This document shows positions 27,149 through 34,559 of a stretch of 64,000 bases of DNA, in pieces; position 1 is the stretch's first letter, and each line of letters begins with the position of its first letter. Both the position numbers and the translations under genes were made by a program. The notes beneath the pieces are model-generated. The model was not told where the DNA came from and made no database searches. It saw nothing but the letters and a program-made list of their open reading frames with translations. The stretch is taken from positions 30,237 to 94,236 of the forward strand of contig DATATJ010000173.1 in NCBI GenBank assembly GCA_036268855.1, read 5' to 3'. This DNA is from Vicinamibacterales bacterium. GTDB taxonomy: Bacteria > Acidobacteriota > Vicinamibacteria > Vicinamibacterales > CAVVIG01.

Positions 27149-28253
27149 GGCGCTCGCCGTAGCGCGCAAGGAGTTCCGGCAGATCGTGCGGGACACGCGC
27201 ACGCTGATGACGCTGCTGTTCGTGCCGGCCTTCTTCCTGCTCCTGTATGGCTATGCGCTCAATTTCGACATCCGCCACGTGCGGCTTGGCGTGGACGACC
27301 GCGACCACACCACCGAGAGCCGCTCGATCGTGTCGGCGTTCGTCAACTCCGGCTATTTCGATCTCGTCGCGAGCGTGGACGATGCGTCTACGACGCCGCT
27401 GATGAACCGCAACGAGGTTGGCGCGGTGGTCGTGATTCCGAGCGGCCTCGGCCGCGCGCTCCTCACACGCCGGACCGTGCCCGTGCAGGTGCTGATCAAC
27501 GGCGACAACGCCAACACCGCGACGACGGTGATGAGCTATGCGCTGACGATCCTGGACAGCCAGTCAGCGAAGTATCAGACCGACGACGGCGGCGCGGCGG
27601 CAGGGCCGCTCCTGACGGTCGAACCGCGCGTCTGGTACAACCCGCAGCTGCGCAGCACGCTGTTCCTCGTGCCCGGGCTCATTGCCTATATCGCCATGAT
27701 CACAGCCGTGGTCTCGACAGCGCTGTCCGTCGCGCGCGAAAAGGAACGCGGCACGATGGAGCAGGTGCGCATGGCGCCGCTGGACGCGGCCTCCTTCGTG
27801 GTCGGCAAGAGCATTCCGTACTTCGTCGTGTCGCTCGTCTCCGCGTTCGGGATCATCGTCGTGGCGATGGCGCTGTTCGAGCTGCCGATGCGCGGGTCGT
27901 GGGCGGCGCTGCTGCTGGCGCTGTCGCTATTCCTGGTTGGCGCGCTGGCGCTCGGACTGTTCATCTCGAGCGTTTCGGAGTCGCAGCAGGTCGCGTTTCA
28001 GCTGGCGCTGCTGGCGTCGTTCCTCCCGACGCTGATGTTGTCGGGCTTCATCTTTCCGATTGCCAGCATGCCGGCAGCGCTGCGTCTGGTCACCTACGCC
28101 GTGCCGGCGCGCTATTTCCTCATCGCGCTGCGCGGCATCGTGCTGAAAGGGGCCGGCGTGCAGACGTTCTGGATCGAGCTGGTGGCGCTCGCCCTGTACG
28201 CGGCGCTGATGCTTGCGCTCGCATCCGTCCGGCTCCGCCGGCAGTGGACCTGA
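27141..28253 (+). CDS. ABC-2 type permease (YbhS/YbhR-like)
   Basis: Start at MRKALAVARKEFRQIVRDTRTL. Large loop after TM1, then 5 C-terminal TM segments. Overlaps the upstream gene by 8 nt. Confidence 0.85.
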   Translation: MRKALAVARKEFRQIVRDTRTLMTLLFVPAFFLLLYGYALNFDIRHVRLGVDDRDHTTESRSIVSAFVNSGYFDLVASVDDASTTPLMNRNEVGAVVVIPSGLGRALLTRRTVPVQVLINGDNANTATTVMSYALTILDSQSAKYQTDDGGAAAGPLLTVEPRVWYNPQLRSTLFLVPGLIAYIAMITAVVSTALSVAREKERGTMEQVRMAPLDAASFVVGKSIPYFVVSLVSAFGIIVVAMALFELPMRGSWAALLLALSLFLVGALALGLFISSVSESQQVAFQLALLASFLPTLMLSGFIFPIASMPAALRLVTYAVPARYFLIALRGIVLKGAGVQTFWIELVALALYAALMLALASVRLRRQWT

Positions 28254-28254
28254 T

Positions 28255-29373
28255 ATGCGGCGCATTGGATTCCTCGTCTGGAAGGAGCTGCTGGAGCTCA
28301 AAGCCGACCCTCGCCTGGTCGGCATCGTCGTCGTCGCGCCGCTGCTGCAGCTCTTCATGCTCGGTTACGCCGCGACCACCGACATCCGCAATGTGCCCGT
28401 CGTCGTCGCCGACGCGGATCGATCGGTTGCGAGCCGCGAGCTGATCGCGCGCTTCCAGGCGTCGCCGAGCTTTTCGATCGTGTCGGTGGTGGGCGGCCTG
28501 AACGACGCGGACTTCTATCTCGAGCGGGGCACCGCGTGGATGGCGCTGGCGATTCCTTCGGGTTTCGGCGCCGGCATCGAGGATCGACGCCCGCAGACGC
28601 TGCAGATCGTCGCCGACGGCAGCGACGCGAACTCCGCGACGGTGTCGCTCGGCTACGCGGGCAGTCTGATCGCGGCGTATGGCCGGGACAGAGCGGTGTC
28701 GATGCACGCGTTGCCGGCCGTCCGCGCCGGCATCGAGCCGCGGGTGCGCGTGTGGTACAACGCCAGGCTCGAAAGCCGCGACTTCATGATCCCCGGCGTC
28801 GTGGCGCTGCTCCTGCTGGTCATCACCACGAACCTGTCGTCGATGGGCATCGTGCGCGAGAAGGAGCTCGGGACACTCGAGCAGTTGAATGTGACGCCGC
28901 TGCGCCGGTGGGAACTGATCGTCGGCAAGCTCCTGCCGTACGCGCTCGTCGGCATGCTGGACGTCCTGCTCGTGATTGGCGTGGCGCTGTTGTGGTTCCA
29001 GATTCCGCTGCGCGGCAGCTTCTGGCTGCTCATCGCGCTCACCGGCGTCTACCTGTTGAGCACGCTCGGCCTCGGCCTGTTCGTGTCCACGATCTCGTCC
29101 ACTCAGCAGCAGGCGATGATGACGACGATGTTCTTCTTTCTGACGCCGATGATCTACCTCTCGGGCTTCATCTTTCCGATCGAGAACATGCCGGCGGTCA
29201 TCCAGCCGCTGACCTACCTGATCCCGCTGCGGTATTTCCTGGTGATCGTGCGATCGATCTTTCTCAAGGGCGTCGGCCTCGAGACGCTGTGGCCCCAGGC
29301 GCTGGCGCTGGCCGGCTGGGGTGTCGCGATTCTGGGACTCGCCATCGCACGCTCGAGCAAGCGAACGGCGTGA
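28255..29373 (+). CDS. ABC-2 type permease (YbhS/YbhR-like), paralog of the preceding gene
   Basis: Start at MRRIGFLVWKELLELKADPRL, 1 nt after the previous stop. Same architecture as the preceding gene. Confidence 0.85.
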   Translation: MRRIGFLVWKELLELKADPRLVGIVVVAPLLQLFMLGYAATTDIRNVPVVVADADRSVASRELIARFQASPSFSIVSVVGGLNDADFYLERGTAWMALAIPSGFGAGIEDRRPQTLQIVADGSDANSATVSLGYAGSLIAAYGRDRAVSMHALPAVRAGIEPRVRVWYNARLESRDFMIPGVVALLLLVITTNLSSMGIVREKELGTLEQLNVTPLRRWELIVGKLLPYALVGMLDVLLVIGVALLWFQIPLRGSFWLLIALTGVYLLSTLGLGLFVSTISSTQQQAMMTTMFFFLTPMIYLSGFIFPIENMPAVIQPLTYLIPLRYFLVIVRSIFLKGVGLETLWPQALALAGWGVAILGLAIARSSKRTA

Positions 29374-29398
29374 TGCGGAAGGTGCGATAATCGCGCGA

Positions 29399-30337
29399 AT
29401 GTCTCGAAGGAGCCTGGCGTCGCGGGCGGCTGTCGTCGCCGTCGGTCTGTTCGCTCTCTGGGCGTCACTCGCCTTTGCGCAAACCGCGGCGCCCGATCCG
29501 GCGGCGCTCGTCAGGCAGGCGCGCAAGTTGAACCTCGAAGGGAAGCAGGACGAGGCGATCGCGACGTACCGCGAGGCACTGATGCGCGCGCCCGATCTGT
29601 ACGACGCCCACTACGGGCTCGGCATCGCGCTCGATCTCACGGGCGCGTACGGGCAGGCGCGGCAGTCGTTCATGAAGGCGATTCAACTGGCGCCCGACGA
29701 GAGCAAGGAGCAGGCGCTGAGCGCCATGGCCGTCTCCTACGCCTTCAGCGGCGACGGGCGGGAGGCGTCGTCGTTCTACCGGCAGGTGTTCGATCGCCAG
29801 ACCGCGGCCGACAATTTTTCCGCCGCGGCCGAGACCGCGAACGCGCTCGGTCGGGTGTATCTCGAGACGGGCGATCTCGACAACGCGGCCAAGTGGTATC
29901 AGACCGGATACGAGACCACGCGGCGCCAGAAGGCGATGTCGAGCGCGCAGATCGACCTGGCGGATCTGCGGTGGGCGCACGCGCAGGCCCGGATCGCCGC
30001 GCGGCGGGGGAACGCGGCGACCGCGCGCGCGCAGGTCGCCGAGGTGACGCGTCTGCTCGACAAAGGCACGAACGAGGAGCAGCGGATTCAGCTCCCGTAT
30101 CTGCTGGGATACGTCGGTCTGTTTCTCAAGGACTACGCCGGCGCGGTCACCGCGCTGCGGCAGGCGGACCAGCAGGATCCGTTCGTCCTGTTCCTGCTGG
30201 CACAAGCCCAGGAGAAATCGGGCGACGCCGCCGGCGCGCGCGAGCTGTACGAGAAGGTGCTCGCCTCGAACGCGCACAGCCTCAACAACGCGTTCGCCCG
30301 CCGGACGGCCCGGAGCAAGCTGGCGGCAACGCGCTAG
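29399..30337 (+). CDS. secreted tetratricopeptide-repeat protein
   Basis: Start at MSRRSLASRAAVVAVGLFALWASLAFAQ. TPR units such as EGKQDEAIATYREALMRAPDLYDAHYGLGIAL. Confidence 0.8.
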   Translation: MSRRSLASRAAVVAVGLFALWASLAFAQTAAPDPAALVRQARKLNLEGKQDEAIATYREALMRAPDLYDAHYGLGIALDLTGAYGQARQSFMKAIQLAPDESKEQALSAMAVSYAFSGDGREASSFYRQVFDRQTAADNFSAAAETANALGRVYLETGDLDNAAKWYQTGYETTRRQKAMSSAQIDLADLRWAHAQARIAARRGNAATARAQVAEVTRLLDKGTNEEQRIQLPYLLGYVGLFLKDYAGAVTALRQADQQDPFVLFLLAQAQEKSGDAAGARELYEKVLASNAHSLNNAFARRTARSKLAATR

Positions 30338-30353
30338 TCTTCAACGCATCGGG

Positions 30354-30414
30354 CCCAAATCCTCAAATCCCCAAATCCCCAAATCCCCAAATCCCAAATC
30401 CTCAAATTTCCCCT
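30354..30414 (+). repeat. tandem C(3-4)AAAT(C) repeat (about 7 units); G-free on the + strand, G-quadruplex-capable on the - strand
   Basis: CCCAAATCCTCAAATCCCCAAATCCCCAAATCCCCAAATCCCAAATCCTCAAATTTCCCCTC. No G from 30354 to 30419. Confidence 0.9.
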
Positions 30415-30418
30415 CTAT

Positions 30419-30530
30419 TGCGGTTTCGACATCAGCGTAGACGTAGCGCGACGGCTTTATCCGAGCGTTTCTGGCGCCGCGCGGCGCGCGGCTAAAGCCG
30501 TCGCGCTACATCGAATCGAAAACCGCGCTA
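30419..30530. terminator. long nested inverted repeat at a convergent junction (probable bidirectional terminator or structured RNA)
   Basis: Perfect 17-bp arms GTAGCGCGACGGCTTTA (30443-30459) and TAAAGCCGTCGCGCTAC (30493-30509). Outer arms GCGGTTTCGA/TCGAAAACCGC. The loop contains the palindrome GCGCCGCGCGGCGC. Confidence 0.55.
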
Positions 30531-31283
30531 AGGGTATTCATAAATAATATGCACCCGCACCGGCTTATCTTTGTCGTCCAGCAGGTTGGACGGCCCGGCG
30601 AACTCGAGCAGGCGCCCGGACGCGAGATCGATCGTGACGTCGCTCGGCGTCGAGAAGAAGCGAAAGGCCGCCGAGCTCATTTCGAGCCGGACGGTCAGCA
30701 GGTTGCCCTGGACCGCGCGCTTGTAGATGCGCACGCCGTATGACGTCATCCGCGACGGCACGATCGACTGCGCGTACAGCGATTGCCCACGCTCGAGCGC
30801 GGCGCGCTGGTCGATGATGTACAGCATGATGCCCTGGAACGTCATCAGATCGTCGCGCAGCGCGAGCGTCCGGTGCTCTTCCGCGCCGTGTGCCAGCTGC
30901 TGGGTGATGAGCACGCCGTGACGATCGATCTGCGGCTCGATCGCGTACCGGTAGTTATCGCGATGATCGATCATCCGCGTCGTCGGCAGATATCGCCGGC
31001 TGCCGACGTCCGCCGACAGCTCGGCGATCGGCGCGCCGCTGGCGGCGACATAGCGTGTGTTGATGTCGGTGCGGCCCTTGGCGGTCCGCAGCGTGTGATA
31101 TTCGGTGTACCAGAACGTGCCGGCATCGGTGACGGCGCGTCCGAAGAATGAGGAGTACGCCGGGTCGCCGGGCGCCCGCCCTGTAGAGATGACCTGCCGG
31201 CGGTCGGGCAGCGTCGCGCCGCGAAGGACCGCCGCCGCAGCCGTCATCACGACCAGCCCCCAGCAGACACGCCGCAGCGTCAT
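30528..31283 (-). CDS. hypothetical secreted protein
   Basis: Start at MTLRRVCWGLVVMTAAAAVLRG, sharing 1 nt with the upstream stop (TGATG). No recognisable domain. Confidence 0.6.
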   Translation of the reverse strand: MTLRRVCWGLVVMTAAAAVLRGATLPDRRQVISTGRAPGDPAYSSFFGRAVTDAGTFWYTEYHTLRTAKGRTDINTRYVAASGAPIAELSADVGSRRYLPTTRMIDHRDNYRYAIEPQIDRHGVLITQQLAHGAEEHRTLALRDDLMTFQGIMLYIIDQRAALERGQSLYAQSIVPSRMTSYGVRIYKRAVQGNLLTVRLEMSSAAFRFFSTPSDVTIDLASGRLLEFAGPSNLLDDKDKPVRVHIIYEYP

Positions 31284-32428
31284 CAGAACGTCCGCCTCGC
31301 CACCCACTCTCGCAGCAGGGAGTCCACCACGACGTACCGGTCGGCGTCGCGGGCGATCACATCGTCTCGCACCAGTGCGGCGAGCGAGGCCTGGACCGTC
31401 GATGGTCCGCCGAGGCGATAGCGCGTCCGTGCATCGCCCGACAGGAGCTCGCGTCCCTCCTCCAGCACGACGGCGCGCAGCGCGGCGCGCTGCGCCAGCG
31501 TCAGCCGCTGCCAGAGGGCCTCGTACATGGTCTGCTGTTCCGTCAGCAGGCGGCGGAGCGCGCGATGCAGATCATCGAGCGTCGCCCGACGACGGCCGCT
31601 GGCGCGCAGATGGTCCCACGTTTCGTGGGCGAGCCGCTGCACGTCGTAGGGCAGATTGCCGGCCAGCTCGACCACCGCGTCGCCGAAGCCAGGCTCCGGC
31701 CGCAGGCCCGACCGCGCGAAGCGCGCGTCGATGAACGCCGCGAACTCGTCGGCGGGAATCTTCTCGAGGCGCATGACCGGGCCGGCCTTGTAGAACGGAC
31801 GTTTCGGTCCGAGCATCCGCTCCATCAGGCTCGGCTCGGAGCCGGCGAACACGTATCCGACGTCGCGCTGATGCTGCACCGCCGCGCGCATCGCGTGCTC
31901 GACCGAGCCGCCGTTGAAACCGCCAATCGCCTGGAATTCGTCGAGCGCGACGACCACCTGGCGGCGTCGCGCCTCGGCCAGACGCGCCGGCAGGGCGAAG
32001 ACGTCCTGCGCGAGTCGGGAGACGTCGCGATCCGATCGAACGCTGGGAAACGAGACGGCGAGCGCGCCCGGAGGGGAGCCGTCCGGCGCGTACCGGATCT
32101 CTACGCGTGCGGAGCCGACCGCCTCGCGGAGCCACGTGCGCGCGCGATCCCATTTGGTCTCGGCGGCCATCACGGCCCGGGCGTAGCCTTCGAGGAATGC
32201 GACGTACGAGCTGAAGCTGCTGACGGTCACCTCGACGGTGAGCGCCCCGTGCCTCGCCATCGCGGACAGGGCGTGGCGGATGAGCGACGACTTGCCGTAC
32301 CGCCGGGGTGAGATCAGGAAAATCTTCTGACCGGCCCCGAGATCGGCGACGAGGCGATCGAGCTCGACGACGCGGTTGACGAACGCCGCCACGGGAACGA
32401 CCTCGCCGTAGACGAAAGGATTCTGCAT
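31283..32428 (-). CDS. P-loop ATPase of the Arch_ATPase/ATPase_2 type with C-terminal winged-helix-like region
   Basis: 381 aa. Walker A SPRRYGKSS, Walker B VVVALDEFQ. C-terminal LTLAQRAALRAVV...STVQASLAALVRDDVI. Confidence 0.75.
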   Translation of the reverse strand: MQNPFVYGEVVPVAAFVNRVVELDRLVADLGAGQKIFLISPRRYGKSSLIRHALSAMARHGALTVEVTVSSFSSYVAFLEGYARAVMAAETKWDRARTWLREAVGSARVEIRYAPDGSPPGALAVSFPSVRSDRDVSRLAQDVFALPARLAEARRRQVVVALDEFQAIGGFNGGSVEHAMRAAVQHQRDVGYVFAGSEPSLMERMLGPKRPFYKAGPVMRLEKIPADEFAAFIDARFARSGLRPEPGFGDAVVELAGNLPYDVQRLAHETWDHLRASGRRRATLDDLHRALRRLLTEQQTMYEALWQRLTLAQRAALRAVVLEEGRELLSGDARTRYRLGGPSTVQASLAALVRDDVIARDADRYVVVDSLLREWVARRTF

Positions 32429-32466
32429 TACGGCGCCATGCGTAATGATTACGTTATATCACGTAA
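32428..32466. promoter_or_regulatory. two tandem TTACG-N8-CGTAA inverted repeats, centres 21 bp apart, overlapping the ATPase start codon
   Basis: + strand: TTACG 32428-32432, CGTAA 32441-32445, TTACG 32449-32453, CGTAA 32462-32466. Confidence 0.6.
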
Positions 32467-32489
32467 GAGGCCACGCGGCCGCCGGCGTG

Positions 32490-33737
32490 TCAGTAGTACC
32501 TCAGCGGCAGGTCGATCACGACGCGCCGCCGCACCAGGTCGGCCAGCAGGGGGGACAGCGTGCCCGCCGGCAGCGACTCGAGCGCGGCTCGAGGAACCGT
32601 CAGGTCGGCCGGCAGATACTCGCGGCACGCACCGTACTCCTGCTCGTAGTCCTCGGACGGAAAGCGCAGCGTGAGCCGGACGCCGCCGCCCTCTGGCGCC
32701 GTCGCATACAGTGGGTTGACCCGAAACTCGCCGCGCGCTCCAGCCGGCGGGCGAAGCGAATGCGCGGCGAACACGCCGGGGCAGGAGGACGCGACGATCG
32801 TCAGCGCCAGCTCGCCGTGCAACGTCTCCGGCGGCTCGTGCCGCGAGAGATCCAGCGGCCCCTCCCGCACGACGTCCCGAAGCAGCGCCGTCTCGCCAAA
32901 CAGGCGAGGCGACAAATCCTCGAAGAGATCGCGGTACGCCTCGGGCGGCAGCGGCATGCCCGCCGACGGATTCCACTGATGGGCGTTGTGCGTGTGGCTG
33001 ATCACGACGGCCCGGCGTGCGTCGCCCGTGTCCGTGAGCCGGATCATCTCCGACGCGAACAGGCGCTTCGTCCAGATGTAGTGATACGCATCCGAGCAGA
33101 CCGCCACGCGAAATGCGCCGCGCGCGAACGGCAGCGGTGCGTTGCCGTCGCAGCAGACGCCGGCGCAGCCGGGCGCCGTGAACCGCCGGCCGAGCCAGAC
33201 CTTCGAGTAATACAGGTCGGCCAGCACGGGCGGCGGCGTCGAGACGTCGAGCAGCGTGCGCGTCAGGTGACCGGATCCGCCGCAGACGTCGATGGCGCGT
33301 CCGCCGCCTGCCAGCACCGTTTCGGCAACCGCCCGCACGACGGCCTGCGAGACGAGATAGGTCGGATCCGTGAAGCGATAGAGGAAGTAGCCCCCCTCGA
33401 AGTGCGGACCCAGCGCGACGACAATGTCCTTGTAGGTGGCCGTCGGCGAGGCCGCGACCTCGGCGAAGCGCCGCACGCCGTCCTCTTCCTCGATCCCGAG
33501 CATCGCCAACAGCGCCAGATCGGCGCGCCCCGCGTCCAGGTGCTCGCGCGCGGCCACCGCGGAAGGCTCGAGATGGATGACCGGAATGCCGTCCACGACG
33601 GGGTACGCGCAGCAGTGGCAGCCGAGAATGCCGTCGATGACCTCGTCGCCGCGGCGATGGACCCGGCCCGATTCGACGACGCCGAGGCGTCCGCCGCAAA
33701 AAGGACAGCGGAGGATGTCGAGGAGATCGGGCCGCAT
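32490..33737 (-). CDS. class I SAM-dependent methyltransferase with N-terminal Trm112-like zinc ribbon
   Basis: 415 aa. LLDILRCPFCGGRL...GILGCHCCAYPVVDGIPV, then motif-I-like IDVCGGSGHLTRTLL. Confidence 0.75.
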   Translation of the reverse strand: MRPDLLDILRCPFCGGRLGVVESGRVHRRGDEVIDGILGCHCCAYPVVDGIPVIHLEPSAVAAREHLDAGRADLALLAMLGIEEEDGVRRFAEVAASPTATYKDIVVALGPHFEGGYFLYRFTDPTYLVSQAVVRAVAETVLAGGGRAIDVCGGSGHLTRTLLDVSTPPPVLADLYYSKVWLGRRFTAPGCAGVCCDGNAPLPFARGAFRVAVCSDAYHYIWTKRLFASEMIRLTDTGDARRAVVISHTHNAHQWNPSAGMPLPPEAYRDLFEDLSPRLFGETALLRDVVREGPLDLSRHEPPETLHGELALTIVASSCPGVFAAHSLRPPAGARGEFRVNPLYATAPEGGGVRLTLRFPSEDYEQEYGACREYLPADLTVPRAALESLPAGTLSPLLADLVRRRVVIDLPLRYY

Positions 33738-33740
33738 CGA

Positions 33741-34559
33741 TCAGCGTGCCTCTTCAGACGACGACGCCGGCATCGGATCCCCAAGCCATTCGAGCACGGA
33801 CGGCCCGCCGGCGACGGTCGCGGCTCGCCGGAAGTGCTCGGCGCCAAGCCACCGGCGCATGCCGGCCACGTCCACCCATGCGATCGGATTGCGCACGCCG
33901 AGCTGCGTTCGATGGCAGCGCAGCGCGGCGAGCTTGGCTTCGGCCCATGGCCGGACATCGACGACCAGCGTGCACGGTTGGGCGGAGTCGCCGAACGCGT
34001 CGGGCTCGATCCCCCAGAAGCTCGCGTCGGGTGCGCCGCCCTTCGCGCGCGCCTCGTCCACCATCGCGCGGATCGCCCCCTTGGGCATCGTGACGTAATA
34101 AAGCGGCGGGGCCTCCGTGCCGAGCGACCGCAAGGCCGTGTACGTGCGCTCGTGCACGCCGATGTGATCGAGATGCCAGTACAGCCCGTCTTCGCCGAAC
34201 GTGATCACGGCGTCGGGGCGGAACCGGCGGAGCGCGACGACGATTTCGCCGTGCAGCTCGGGCACGTCCGCCCACCGCACGTCGCCATCGGGATGACGGC
34301 AGACGATCAGGTCGCTGATGCCGAGCGCTTCGGCGGCCGTGCGCAGCTCCGCGACGCGTGCGCGCCCCAGATCGCCGTCGGCCACGAGCGCCGGGTCGCT
34401 CACCGATCCCTTCTCGCCGCGGGTCGCGCAGATCAGGACGACGCGCGCGCCCGCGCTGGCTGCGCGGGCGAGCGTCCCGCCGCAGGCAATCGACTCGTCG
34501 TCGGGGTGCGCGAAGATCGCCAGGATGGTGCGGCCCGAGAGGGAGCGATCACCCGGCAC
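33741..34559 (-). CDS. PIG-L/LmbE-family N-acetylglucosaminyl deacetylase
   Basis: 272 aa, GTG start. Signature ILAIFAHPDDESIACGGTLA and HxDH-type block WHLDHIGVHE. Confidence 0.85.
   Translation of the reverse strand: MPGDRSLSGRTILAIFAHPDDESIACGGTLARAASAGARVVLICATRGEKGSVSDPALVADGDLGRARVAELRTAAEALGISDLIVCRHPDGDVRWADVPELHGEIVVALRRFRPDAVITFGEDGLYWHLDHIGVHERTYTALRSLGTEAPPLYYVTMPKGAIRAMVDEARAKGGAPDASFWGIEPDAFGDSAQPCTLVVDVRPWAEAKLAALRCHRTQLGVRNPIAWVDVAGMRRWLGAEHFRRAATVAGGPSVLEWLGDPMPASSSEEAR

Noticed and set aside
30354-30414. Possible CRISPR array or minisatellite coding repeat.
   Set aside because: The period is only 7-8 nt with no spacers, there are no cas genes, and it lies outside any supported CDS. 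The track ORF 29893..30495 that reads through it (PNPQIPKSPNPQIP) is a shadow frame.
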